Notes: generated by a model from the letters alone, not told the origin. 30,152 bases of DNA from Candidatus Omnitrophota bacterium (GCA_013204685.1 JABMSC010000132.1:1-30152); one strand, 5' to 3'; shown: positions 9,144 through 17,135, numbered from the stretch's first letter. Made by a program: numbers and translations.

Positions 9144-9866
9144 ATGCATTTATTGGAAACCAGGAAGCTGGTCAAACAGTACGGCGGGAAAAGCGTTGTA
9201 GACGGAGTGAGCATCAACGTCAGAAGAGGTGAAGTTGTCGGGCTTTTAGGGCCGAATGGCGCAGGCAAGACAACAACATTTTATATGGTCACGGGTATTG
9301 TAAGGCCGGATTCGGGGAATGTCATATTTGATAAGAACGACATAACGGACTTACCTATATATAAGAGGGCCCGTGCCGGGATAGGCTATTTGTCTCAGGA
9401 GCCGTCTATCTTCAGGAAGCTGTCAGTTGAAGAGAACATAATGGCAGTTATGGAAACGCTCGGGTTTCCATATAAAGAAAGACAACATCAGCTTGATAAC
9501 CTTTTAAGCCAGTTGAAAATAGCTCATTTACGCAAAAATAAGGCATATACTCTTTCCGGTGGAGAGAGGAGGCGGCTTGAAATAACCAGGACTTTGGTTA
9601 CAAATCCTATGTTCATACTTCTGGATGAGCCATTCAGCGGGATAGATCCTATTGCCGTATACGATTGTCAGGAAGTTATAAGGGAATTGAAGGAAATGGG
9701 CTTAGGCATTCTCCTCACAGATCACAATGTACGGGAAACACTGACTATAACGGACAGGGCCTATATCATGTATGAAGGCAGGATCTTGATAGCCGGTGAA
9801 AAAGAAACGCTTATAAATGATCCAAAGGCGCGTAAGATCTATCTTGGAGAGCGGTTCAAAATGTGA
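9144..9866 (+). CDS. lptB: LPS export ABC transporter ATP-binding protein
   Basis: Walker A 'GPNGAGKTT', 'YLSQEPSIFRKL', 'LSGGERRR', 'LLDEPFSGIDP', 'LTDHNVRETL', 'YLGERFKM'. Confidence 0.96.
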   Translation: MHLLETRKLVKQYGGKSVVDGVSINVRRGEVVGLLGPNGAGKTTTFYMVTGIVRPDSGNVIFDKNDITDLPIYKRARAGIGYLSQEPSIFRKLSVEENIMAVMETLGFPYKERQHQLDNLLSQLKIAHLRKNKAYTLSGGERRRLEITRTLVTNPMFILLDEPFSGIDPIAVYDCQEVIRELKEMGLGILLTDHNVRETLTITDRAYIMYEGRILIAGEKETLINDPKARKIYLGERFKM

Positions 9867-10008
9867 ATGAGACCACAACTTATGGAACAAAGTGAACATA
9901 AGCTGTATGGTCGAATTTATGCCGTTCGTGTGGGCATGCATGTTGTACGGCGGAATGAGACCACAACTTATGGAACAAAGTGAACATAAGGTGTATGGTC
10001 GAATTTAT
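9865..10008. repeat. Family A palindromic element, two direct copies (9865-9920, 9953-10008) joined by a 32-nt linker
   Basis: The two 56-nt copies differ at one base: GAATGAGACCACAACTTATGGAACAAAGTGAACATAAG[C/G]TGTATGGTCGAATTTAT. Homologous to 12731 and 15685. Confidence 0.9.
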
Positions 10009-10130
10009 CCTGAGCGAGGGAGCGGCCCGTTCGACAAGCTCAGGGTCGTTGTGCGACCGAGGCCGGGGATCCAAATATTTTTATTGGATCCCGGATAACG
10101 GCCTTCGGCCGTTTCCGGGATGACATATTT
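10008..10130. repeat. Composite REP-like palindromes (CCTGAGC...GCTCAGG; GGGATCCAA...TTGGATCCC; CCCGG...CCGGGATGAC), called family B here
   Basis: Several nested inverted repeats. The right part TTTTATTGGATCCC...GGGATGACATATTT matches 23539-23578. Confidence 0.75.
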
Positions 10131-10139
10131 CAAATTTTA

Positions 10140-10168
10140 TTGAAAACACTGGGTCATAATGGTATAGT
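10140..10168 (+). promoter_or_regulatory. Putative sigma70 promoter for hpf-tig-clpP
   Basis: TTGAAA (10140-45), 17 nt, TATAGT (10163-68) with an extended TG. Confidence 0.6.
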
Positions 10169-10226
10169 GATATCTTCTAATTTTACTATTAATAAGATAA
10201 TTGCTATATACAACGGGAGTTTTAAA

Positions 10227-10763
10227 ATGAATGTGACAATTACGGGAAGAAACTTTGATCTTGATGAGCCTATCAAGGACTACCTCAATAAAAAGCTGGA
10301 AAGAATTGAACGTTTGTACAGGCGTATCTATAAGTGTGAAGTTATCCTTACGGAAGAAAAACAGAGGCAGAATGCCGAAGTAATACTCTATCTTAAGCGC
10401 AACAGGGTAGTAGGCAAAGAGAGTTCACCCGATATGTACGCATCGATCGATCTGGCTGCAGAGAAGGTCCAGAAACAGCTCAGGAAGCTTCATGGACGGC
10501 TCTCTTCTAAACGCCGGAGAGAAGTTATAAGCAGGATCGTGAACCCGATCACTCGTTTCAGACAGCCGCCCCTCCAAGGGAGGGGGAACATCATAAAGGT
10601 TAATGCTTTTATCGATAAGCCCTTACTTCCCGAGGAAGCAAAACTTGAGCTTGAACTTCTGGATAGGGATTTTATTGTGTTCAAGAACGCAGATACCGGA
10701 GAAACAAACGTGGTATATAAACGTAACGATGGTAATTACGGGGTGATAGAGCCGAGCTTCTGA
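10227..10763 (+). CDS. hpf: Ribosome hibernation promoting factor, long form (S30AE + S30AE_C)
   Basis: Start moved to ATG 10227 (GGGAG RBS). 'MNVTITGRNFDLDEPIKDY..K', 'DMYASIDLAAEKVQKQLRK', C-terminal 'DFIVFKNADTGETNVVYKRNDGNYGVIEP'. Confidence 0.9.
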   Translation: MNVTITGRNFDLDEPIKDYLNKKLERIERLYRRIYKCEVILTEEKQRQNAEVILYLKRNRVVGKESSPDMYASIDLAAEKVQKQLRKLHGRLSSKRRREVISRIVNPITRFRQPPLQGRGNIIKVNAFIDKPLLPEEAKLELELLDRDFIVFKNADTGETNVVYKRNDGNYGVIEPSF

Positions 10764-10809
10764 TGCGGAGAGACAGGAAAGAAGAGACGAGACTTAAGGG
10801 GATCATTTA

Positions 10810-12084
10810 ATGAAAAGTAAATTAACGAAATTAAAAGGAACAGCCAGGCAGCTTAGCGTGGAGATACCAAAAGAGACGGTTGATCAGACTTTTGACGAAG
10901 TCCTGGAAGGGATAAGAAAGGAAGCCAAAATTCCCGGGTTCCGGCCAGGCAAGGCTCCAATAGATATCGTAAAAAAGAACTATGCAAAAGACGCTGAAGA
11001 CGAACTGCATAAGCGCTTGATCCCTCAAGCCTATGAGAATGCTTTGGCGGAACACCAGATCAATCCTTTAAGTTATCCCGAGCTTTCAGATATAAATCTT
11101 TCAGACGCAGGAGTTTTTACCTTTACGGCCAGGGTAGATGTATATCCTGAAGTCAAAGTTAAGAATTACAAGAAGCTTAAGGTAAGCACCACAAAAATAG
11201 ATGTTTCAGATAAAGAGGCAGATGAAGTGCTCACGCGGATAAGAAACATGCATGCGGATTTTAACCCGACGGACAGGCCACTGGAGAAAGGGGATTTTGG
11301 TATATGTGATGTAGATACTACCATGGACGGAAAAGCCATCTCTAAAAAGCGCGAGAATATGTGGATAGAAGTCGACAAAGAAGCATCAATGATGGGGATA
11401 GGAGAAGAACTTCTGGGCCTGAAGAAGGGCGATAAAAAGGATATTGAGGCGACGCTTCCTGAGAATTATCCGGATAAGAATTATGCGGGTAAAAAAGCGG
11501 AGTTCCATGTTGAAGTAAAAGAGACCAGAGAGAAAAAAGTACCTGATCTGGGTGACGAATTCGCGAAAAAGATCGGAAAAGAGAACATGGATGAAGCTAA
11601 GAGTGAAGTAAAGACTCAACTCATAGAGCAAAAGGAGTCCGATGCTAAGGGTGAGATGAAAAACCAGATCTTGGAGCAGCTCTTGAGGAATGATTCTACC
11701 GAGCTTCCGGAATCTATGGTTAAAAGGCAGCTTAAGGTTCTTACCGAAAGAGCTGAGGCTGATCTGGCTAAAAAAGGCGTTGATGCAGAATCGATCGAAT
11801 CTCACAAAAAGGAATTACAAGATCAACTTACTAAAGAGGCCGAGAACAAGGTGAAGATATATTTCATACTTGGTGAGGTGGCTGACCGTGAAAACCTGGC
11901 AGTCTCAGACGAGGAAGTGGATAGCTGGATAAAATCTCTTGCTGCGAATTACAACAAGACATTTGAAGAGGTCAAAAAATATTATCAGGAACACGATCTT
12001 GTAGGTGGCCTGGTAGAGCAGCTCAGAGAAGAGAAGGCTCTGGATTTTCTGCTTGAAGAGGCAGAGGTTGCGGTTAAGAAATAA
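10810..12084 (+). CDS. tig: Trigger factor
   Basis: Ribosome-binding motif 'IPGFRPGKAP', FKBP domain 'TLPENYPDKNYAGKKAEFHV', 424 aa, upstream of clpP. Confidence 0.96.
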   Translation: MKSKLTKLKGTARQLSVEIPKETVDQTFDEVLEGIRKEAKIPGFRPGKAPIDIVKKNYAKDAEDELHKRLIPQAYENALAEHQINPLSYPELSDINLSDAGVFTFTARVDVYPEVKVKNYKKLKVSTTKIDVSDKEADEVLTRIRNMHADFNPTDRPLEKGDFGICDVDTTMDGKAISKKRENMWIEVDKEASMMGIGEELLGLKKGDKKDIEATLPENYPDKNYAGKKAEFHVEVKETREKKVPDLGDEFAKKIGKENMDEAKSEVKTQLIEQKESDAKGEMKNQILEQLLRNDSTELPESMVKRQLKVLTERAEADLAKKGVDAESIESHKKELQDQLTKEAENKVKIYFILGEVADRENLAVSDEEVDSWIKSLAANYNKTFEEVKKYYQEHDLVGGLVEQLREEKALDFLLEEAEVAVKK

Positions 12085-12111
12085 ATCAGCGTTAAGCGTT
12101 AAGCGTTAAGT
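12085..12111. repeat. Heptamer tandem repeat (AGCGTTA)3
   Basis: ATCAGCGTTAAGCGTTAAGCGTTAAG directly after the tig stop. A related copy lies on the opposite strand at 28200-28232. Confidence 0.8.
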
Positions 12112-12142
12112 TAAACCTTACCCCTGAAGAAAAGGAGGCACA

Positions 12143-12730
12143 ATGAATATCGTACCAATGGTTATCGAGAAAGAAGGCAGGCAGGAAAGGGCATACGATA
12201 TATATTCGCGCCTGTTGAAAGACAGGGTAATATTTATCGGCGCACCCATAGATGACAATGTTGCCAATATCGTTGTGGCTGAGCTTTTATACCTTCAGAC
12301 AGAAGACCCCGATAAGGATATAAATGTTTATATCAATTCACCCGGGGGAAGCGTTACAAGCGGTATGTCGATATATGACACTATGCAGTTTGTGAAACCT
12401 GATGTTTGCACTTTTTGTGTCGGCCAGGCTTCCAGTATGGGCGCTGTCCTCCTTGCGGCAGGCGCCAAGGGTAAAAGACATGCGCTTCCTTATTCGAGAA
12501 TAATGGTGCATCAGCCATGGGGCGGCGTGCAGGGCGCAGCTGCAGATATACACATACAGGCGCAGGAGATCCTTCGCATGAAAGACCAGATAGAAGGTAT
12601 TCTGGTCAAGCATACCGGGCAATCTCTTGAGAAAATAAAAGAAGATACTGACAGAGATTACTTTATGAGTGCGGAAGAGGCCAAGAAATACGGAATAGTC
12701 GATAGCGTAGTTGAGAAAATGGGGAAGTAA
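12143..12730 (+). CDS. clpP: ATP-dependent Clp protease proteolytic subunit
   Basis: '[17 protein letters not shown]', '[10 protein letters not shown]', catalytic 'GQASSMG', 'MVHQP', 'DRDYF'. Confidence 0.97.
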   Translation: MNIVPMVIEKEGRQERAYDIYSRLLKDRVIFIGAPIDDNVANIVVAELLYLQTEDPDKDINVYINSPGGSVTSGMSIYDTMQFVKPDVCTFCVGQASSMGAVLLAAGAKGKRHALPYSRIMVHQPWGGVQGAAADIHIQAQEILRMKDQIEGILVKHTGQSLEKIKEDTDRDYFMSAEEAKKYGIVDSVVEKMGK

Positions 12731-12818
12731 AATGAGGCCATAACTTATGGAGCGATAGAGACATAAGTTATATGGCCGAGTTTTATTGCGAGGAGCGATA
12801 GCTACATAAGTTATATGC
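12731..12818. repeat. Family A palindromic element (12731-12786) plus a right half-copy (12787-12818)
   Basis: AATGAGGCCATAACTTATG-GAGCGATAGAGA-CATAAGTTATATGGCCGAG, followed by TGCGAGGAGCGATAGCTACATAAGTTATATG. Confidence 0.85.
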
Positions 12819-12844
12819 TTATTAAGGAAAAGGAGTGAGCGGAA

Positions 12845-13975
12845 ATGAGAAAGTACAGACTAATGTCGCCGGGCCCTACACCAGTACCCGAAAAGGTTCT
12901 TTTAAAAATGGCGGATACGATCATCCATCACAGGACGCCGCAATTTCAGGCAGTCTTGAAGGACGTGAATGCAAAATTGAAAAAAGTTTTTCAGACTGAA
13001 AATCCCGTGCTCATTTTTTCTTCCTCGGGGACCGGCGCAATGGAAGCGTCTGTGGTCAATCTTCTTTCAAAGGGAGACAAGGCGATCGTTATAAACGGCG
13101 GTAAATTCGGTGAACGATTCGGTGAAATAGGCCGGGCGTATGGTGCGGAAGTGATAGATTGCGATGTCACATGGGGCAATGCAGCCGATCCGGCAGTTGT
13201 AGAGAAACTCCTGAAAGACTCACCCGGAGTGAAAGCAGTGTACAGCACCTTGTGCGAAACCTCAACAGGTGTCGTGAACGATATTAAAGCTATTGCGAAA
13301 GTGGTTTCAGCTACGGATGCTGTACTTGTAGTGGATGCTGTCAGCGGATTAACAGCGGATGAATTTAAACCCGATGAATGGGGAGTTGATGTGGTGGTTT
13401 CCGGTTCACAGAAGGGGCTTATGTTGCCGCCTGGTCTTGGTTTCTTGAGTATAAGCGGCAAGGCGCAAAAACTGGTTGAAGGATCAGACCTGCCCAAATA
13501 TTATTTTGACCTTAAAGCGGCACTAAAAGCGCATGCTAAGGATGACACGCCGTGGACACCGGGGGTGTCTCTCATAAACGGGCTTGACACTGTTCTTGAT
13601 ATATTGCTGGCCGAAGGCATTGATGAGGTGGTCCAGCGCCATGCGCGTCTTGCTAACGTGACCCGCGAAGCTGTCAAGGCGATGGGGCTTGAGCTTTTCT
13701 CCGAAAGGCCTTCAAATGCGGTTACAGCCGTAAAGGTTCCCGAAGGAGTAGACGGAGCGGCGCTTGTTAAAAAGATGAGGGATGAACAGGGAGTAACTAT
13801 AGCCGGCGGTCAGGCGGCACTTAAGGGGAAGATCTTTAGGATCGCTCATCTCGGTTATATGGATGAATACGATACGATTTCAGCTATTGCCGGCGTAGAG
13901 ATCGTTCTCAACCAGCTGGGGTTTGATGTTGAGTTTGGTAAGGGCGTAGGCAAGGCGGAAGAATTACTGGGGTAA
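12845..13975 (+). CDS. Class V PLP aminotransferase (alanine-glyoxylate/serine-pyruvate family), probable phosphoserine aminotransferase
   Basis: 'LMSPGPTPVP', 'SSGTGAMEA', 'ETSTGV', 'VDAVS', PLP-Lys 'GSQKGLMLPPG', 'FRIAHLG'. Directly upstream of serA. Confidence 0.85.
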   Translation: MRKYRLMSPGPTPVPEKVLLKMADTIIHHRTPQFQAVLKDVNAKLKKVFQTENPVLIFSSSGTGAMEASVVNLLSKGDKAIVINGGKFGERFGEIGRAYGAEVIDCDVTWGNAADPAVVEKLLKDSPGVKAVYSTLCETSTGVVNDIKAIAKVVSATDAVLVVDAVSGLTADEFKPDEWGVDVVVSGSQKGLMLPPGLGFLSISGKAQKLVEGSDLPKYYFDLKAALKAHAKDDTPWTPGVSLINGLDTVLDILLAEGIDEVVQRHARLANVTREAVKAMGLELFSERPSNAVTAVKVPEGVDGAALVKKMRDEQGVTIAGGQAALKGKIFRIAHLGYMDEYDTISAIAGVEIVLNQLGFDVEFGKGVGKAEELLG

Positions 13976-14068
13976 TTTTTATTGGGTTCCCGCCCCGTTA
14001 AAATTTCTGTGAAATATATAACGGGGCCCGCTGTAGTTTATCCCCGTGAAAACGGGGACGGGAATAAC
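13976..14068. repeat. Family B hairpin containing a nested family C element (13993-14026) and a second hairpin (14041-14058)
   Basis: Outer TTTTTATTGGGTTCCCG...CGGGAATAAC. Inner CCCCGTTA..TAACGGGG and TCCCCGTGAAAACGGGGA. Confidence 0.75.
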
Positions 14069-14089
14069 ACACAGAAAGGGTGATGAAAG

Positions 14090-15685
14090 ATGACTATCAA
14101 AGTACTTGTAAGCGATCCTCTGGCAAAAGAAGGCGTGGATATACTCAAAGCGAGTAAATTCAAGGTTGATGAAGTTTCTAAACTTTCAGAGAGTGAACTC
14201 GTAAAGAAGATAAAAGGCTATGATGCCCTGATCGTTCGCTCAGGAACCACTGTTACTAAAAAGATAATAAACGCATCCAATAACCTTAAGGTTATTGGAA
14301 GAGCGGGTGTAGGGGTGGACAACGTTGACGTTGAAGCTGCTTCCAAGAAAGGCATCGTTGTAATGAATGCGCCGGCTGGAAATACCGTCTCAACAGCGGA
14401 ACATGCCTTTGGCCTGATGATGTCTCTTTCAAGGAATATACCGCTTGCAAACCAGTCTGTCAAAGACGGCAGATGGGACAGAAAAAAATTCATGGGAGTT
14501 GAATTGTACGGCAAAACACTCGGCATAATAGGCCTGGGACGCATAGGTGCAGAATTTGCCAAGAGAGCCCTCAGCTTTGGTATGAAAATACTCGCTTTTG
14601 ATCCTTTTCTTTCTGAAGAAAAAGCAAAAGCACTTAATATTGAACCTGTAACTTTAGACAAGCTTCTGAAGAACTCAGACTTTATTACGATCCATACACC
14701 GCTGACAAAAGACACAAAACATCTTCTTGATGAAAAGGCGTTCAAAAAGATGAAAAAAGGCGTGCGCATCATAAACGCGGCCAGGGGAGGGATTGTAGAT
14801 GAAAAGGCTCTGGCTAAGAATTTAAAGTCCGGTAAAGTGGCAGGCGCTGCGCTTGATGTGTATGAAACGAAAGCAAAGCCGCCTCTGGACAGCCCGATCG
14901 TAAAGATAGACAAAGCTGTTACTACACCTCACCTGGGGGCGTCTACGGAAGAAGCTCAGGTAAACGTGGCAATAGATATGGCAAGGACCATTTCCGGTGC
15001 TCTTTTGGGGAAGGGTTATAGAAACCCTGTTAATATGCCTGCCATGGAGGAAGAGGCGCTGAAACTTGTCGGGCCGTATGTGAATCTGGCTGAAAGGCTC
15101 GGATCCATTCAGACGCAGCTTATCGCGAAATCTATAAAAGCTGTTACGGTTAATTATATAGGTGAGGTGGCCGGTGTTAATGCTGCTGTCATTACACGGG
15201 CCCTGCTGAAAGGGATATTAAATCCGATACTGGAAGAAGACGTTAACTATGTGAATGCTTTACTTATCGCGAAAGAGCGTGGCATAAAAGTGATCGAGAA
15301 AAAGACTTCAGAGATACAGGATTTTGCAAGTCTAATAAGCGTGGAGATCGATACAGGCAAAAAGAAACATTTTATCATGGGTACCCTTTTCTCGAATAAG
15401 CAGGCCAGAATAGTAAGGATCGACAATTTCTATGTGGAAGCGGTTCCGGATGGATATATACTTGTTCTTTCGAATAAGGACGTTCCGGGCGTAGTAGGCA
15501 AAGTGGGAACAGTCTTGGGAAAACACGGCATTAATATAGGGGAGATCAATCTGGGACGTGATAAAAAAGCCAGGCAGGCTATAAGTTTGATCAATGTGGA
15601 CAGCGAAGTCCCGAAAAAAGTTATACAGAAACTCAAAAAAGAGAAATATATCAATGACGTTAAACAGGTCCACATAGAAATTTAA
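14090..15685 (+). CDS. serA: D-3-phosphoglycerate dehydrogenase, long type with ASB and ACT domains
   Basis: 'LIVRSGT', 'GRAGVGVDNVD', 'GIIGLGRIG', 'INAARGG', 'TPHLGASTEEAQ', ACT 'NKDVPGVVGKVG'. Confidence 0.96.
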   Translation: MTIKVLVSDPLAKEGVDILKASKFKVDEVSKLSESELVKKIKGYDALIVRSGTTVTKKIINASNNLKVIGRAGVGVDNVDVEAASKKGIVVMNAPAGNTVSTAEHAFGLMMSLSRNIPLANQSVKDGRWDRKKFMGVELYGKTLGIIGLGRIGAEFAKRALSFGMKILAFDPFLSEEKAKALNIEPVTLDKLLKNSDFITIHTPLTKDTKHLLDEKAFKKMKKGVRIINAARGGIVDEKALAKNLKSGKVAGAALDVYETKAKPPLDSPIVKIDKAVTTPHLGASTEEAQVNVAIDMARTISGALLGKGYRNPVNMPAMEEEALKLVGPYVNLAERLGSIQTQLIAKSIKAVTVNYIGEVAGVNAAVITRALLKGILNPILEEDVNYVNALLIAKERGIKVIEKKTSEIQDFASLISVEIDTGKKKHFIMGTLFSNKQARIVRIDNFYVEAVPDGYILVLSNKDVPGVVGKVGTVLGKHGINIGEINLGRDKKARQAISLINVDSEVPKKVIQKLKKEKYINDVKQVHIEI

Positions 15686-15821
15686 ATGAGGTCGCAACTT
15701 ATGGAGCGAAGCGACATAAGTTGCATGGCCGAATTTATGCCGTTCTCGTGAGCATGTATGTTGTACGGCGAAATGAGGGCACGCCTTATTAATGCTTCGT
15801 GTTCATAAAGTGTGGTCTCAT
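15685..15821. repeat. Family A element (15685-15738) + 32-nt linker (15739-15770) + degenerate inverted family A copy (15771-15821)
   Basis: The linker is 28/32 identical to 9921-9952. The terminal segment reverse-complements to ATGAGACCACACTTTATGAAC. Confidence 0.8.
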
Positions 15822-15835
15822 ATAAGGAGAAAGAT

Positions 15836-17098
15836 ATGGCTAAGAAGAAAAAAAAGAAAAAGAATCTTATACGATTCATTGATGTTACGAACCGTGACGG
15901 AGTTCAAACATCCCGGCTGGGGCTCGCGAAACTCCAGAAAACGATCGTTAATCTATATCTCAACAAGATGGGGATTTTTCAGTCCGAGTTTGGATTTCCT
16001 TTCACTGACCATGAGGCAAACTATATAAATGCTAATCTTGAGCTTGCCAGGCGTAAGGTTATATATCCCATGAGATTGGAAGGATGGATAAGGGCCATTG
16101 AAGCAGACGTAAGAAAAGCCGTTAAAAATACGCCGATCAAGCATATAAATATGTCCATTTCTACCTCTGACCTTATGATAGAAAAGAAATTCGCCGGCAA
16201 AATGGATCGCGCGGGGGTTATCAAAGCCATGACAAAGGCTTTGAGGCTTGCTAAAAAGAAGGGGCTAAAAACAATCGGTGTTAACGCTGAAGATGCCTCC
16301 CGGACAGATATTGATTACTTAATAGAATTCGCTCAAGCCGCAAAAGCGGAAGGGGCGGATCGCATACGCTACTGTGATACTCTCGGGTATGATGACCCCT
16401 TTACGATATATGACAGGGTATCGGCACTAGCCAGTGAGATCAAGATGCCTATTGAACTTCATTGTCATAATGATCTTGGAATGGTTGTTGCCGTAAGCGT
16501 TGCAGGAGCTAAAGCTGCTATTGACAGCGGCGTAGACGCATATATTAACACTACGATCAACGGTATGGGTGAAAGAGCGGGCAACGCGGATCTTGTAAGC
16601 TGTATACTGGCGCTTAAGTATTCCAGCGGGTTCAGAGATAACCCAAAATACAAGATAGACCCCAACACTAATTTAAAGATGGCCTGGAAACTCAGCAAAT
16701 ACGCTTCTTATGCTTTCGGTGTGCCCATACCTGTAAATCAGGTTGGCGTGGGCGCTAACGCATTTGCGCATGAATCCGGGATACATGCGGATGGAGCTTT
16801 GAAGGACAGGAGAAATTACGAGCTTTACGATTATGAAGAACTGGGACGCGGGGAACCTGAGATCATTGATACCGGAAGGAATATTACCGCCGGTGAATAC
16901 AGCGGTATTAAGGGTTTCAGGAACGTATATAATCGCCTGGAAGTAAAGTTCAAAAACGATGAAGAAGCTACCAGGATACTGGAACTTGTGCGCTATGCGA
17001 ACGTTCATACGCAGAAACCTCTAGTCCGGGATGAGCTGCTATTTATTGCGGAATACCCCGATATGGCTGCAAAGATCTTCACAATGAATCCTGCGTAA
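15836..17098 (+). CDS. DRE-TIM metallolyase of the homocitrate synthase family, most like the Dehalococcoides-type Re-citrate synthase
   Basis: 'IDVTNRDGVQTSRLGLAKL', 'IFQSEFGFP', 'NAEDASRT', 'RYCDTLG', 'HCHNDLG', 'GMGERAGNADL', 'AHESGIHADG'. No LeuA regulatory domain. Start moved to ATG 15836 after AAGGAG. Confidence 0.75.
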   Translation: MAKKKKKKKNLIRFIDVTNRDGVQTSRLGLAKLQKTIVNLYLNKMGIFQSEFGFPFTDHEANYINANLELARRKVIYPMRLEGWIRAIEADVRKAVKNTPIKHINMSISTSDLMIEKKFAGKMDRAGVIKAMTKALRLAKKKGLKTIGVNAEDASRTDIDYLIEFAQAAKAEGADRIRYCDTLGYDDPFTIYDRVSALASEIKMPIELHCHNDLGMVVAVSVAGAKAAIDSGVDAYINTTINGMGERAGNADLVSCILALKYSSGFRDNPKYKIDPNTNLKMAWKLSKYASYAFGVPIPVNQVGVGANAFAHESGIHADGALKDRRNYELYDYEELGRGEPEIIDTGRNITAGEYSGIKGFRNVYNRLEVKFKNDEEATRILELVRYANVHTQKPLVRDELLFIAEYPDMAAKIFTMNPA

Positions 17099-17135
17099 TA
17101 AAACAGGAAAATGAATTCCGGAGGAAAGGATATTT

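Noticed and set aside
9865-10008. CRISPR array (two near-identical repeats with a 32-nt spacer)
   Set aside because: Repeats are 56 nt and only two. The 'spacer' recurs 28/32 identical at 15739, homologues are dispersed, and there are no cas genes.
9867-10098. rpoN N-terminal remnant ('MRPQL..' resembling 'MTPQL') or small ORFs 9892-10098 / 9880-10074
   Set aside because: The sequence is the palindromic family A repeat also found after clpP and serA, so the ORFs are repeat-derived with no further RpoN similarity.
10764-10809. tRNA (often tRNA-Leu) before tig
   Set aside because: The gap is only 46 nt with no T-loop GTTCRA motif, and no tRNA pattern was seen anywhere in the window.
15682-16028. 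ORFs 15682-15879 (-) and 15792-16028 (+)
   Set aside because: They overlap a repeat and the poly-A start of the real gene, and are low-complexity shadows.
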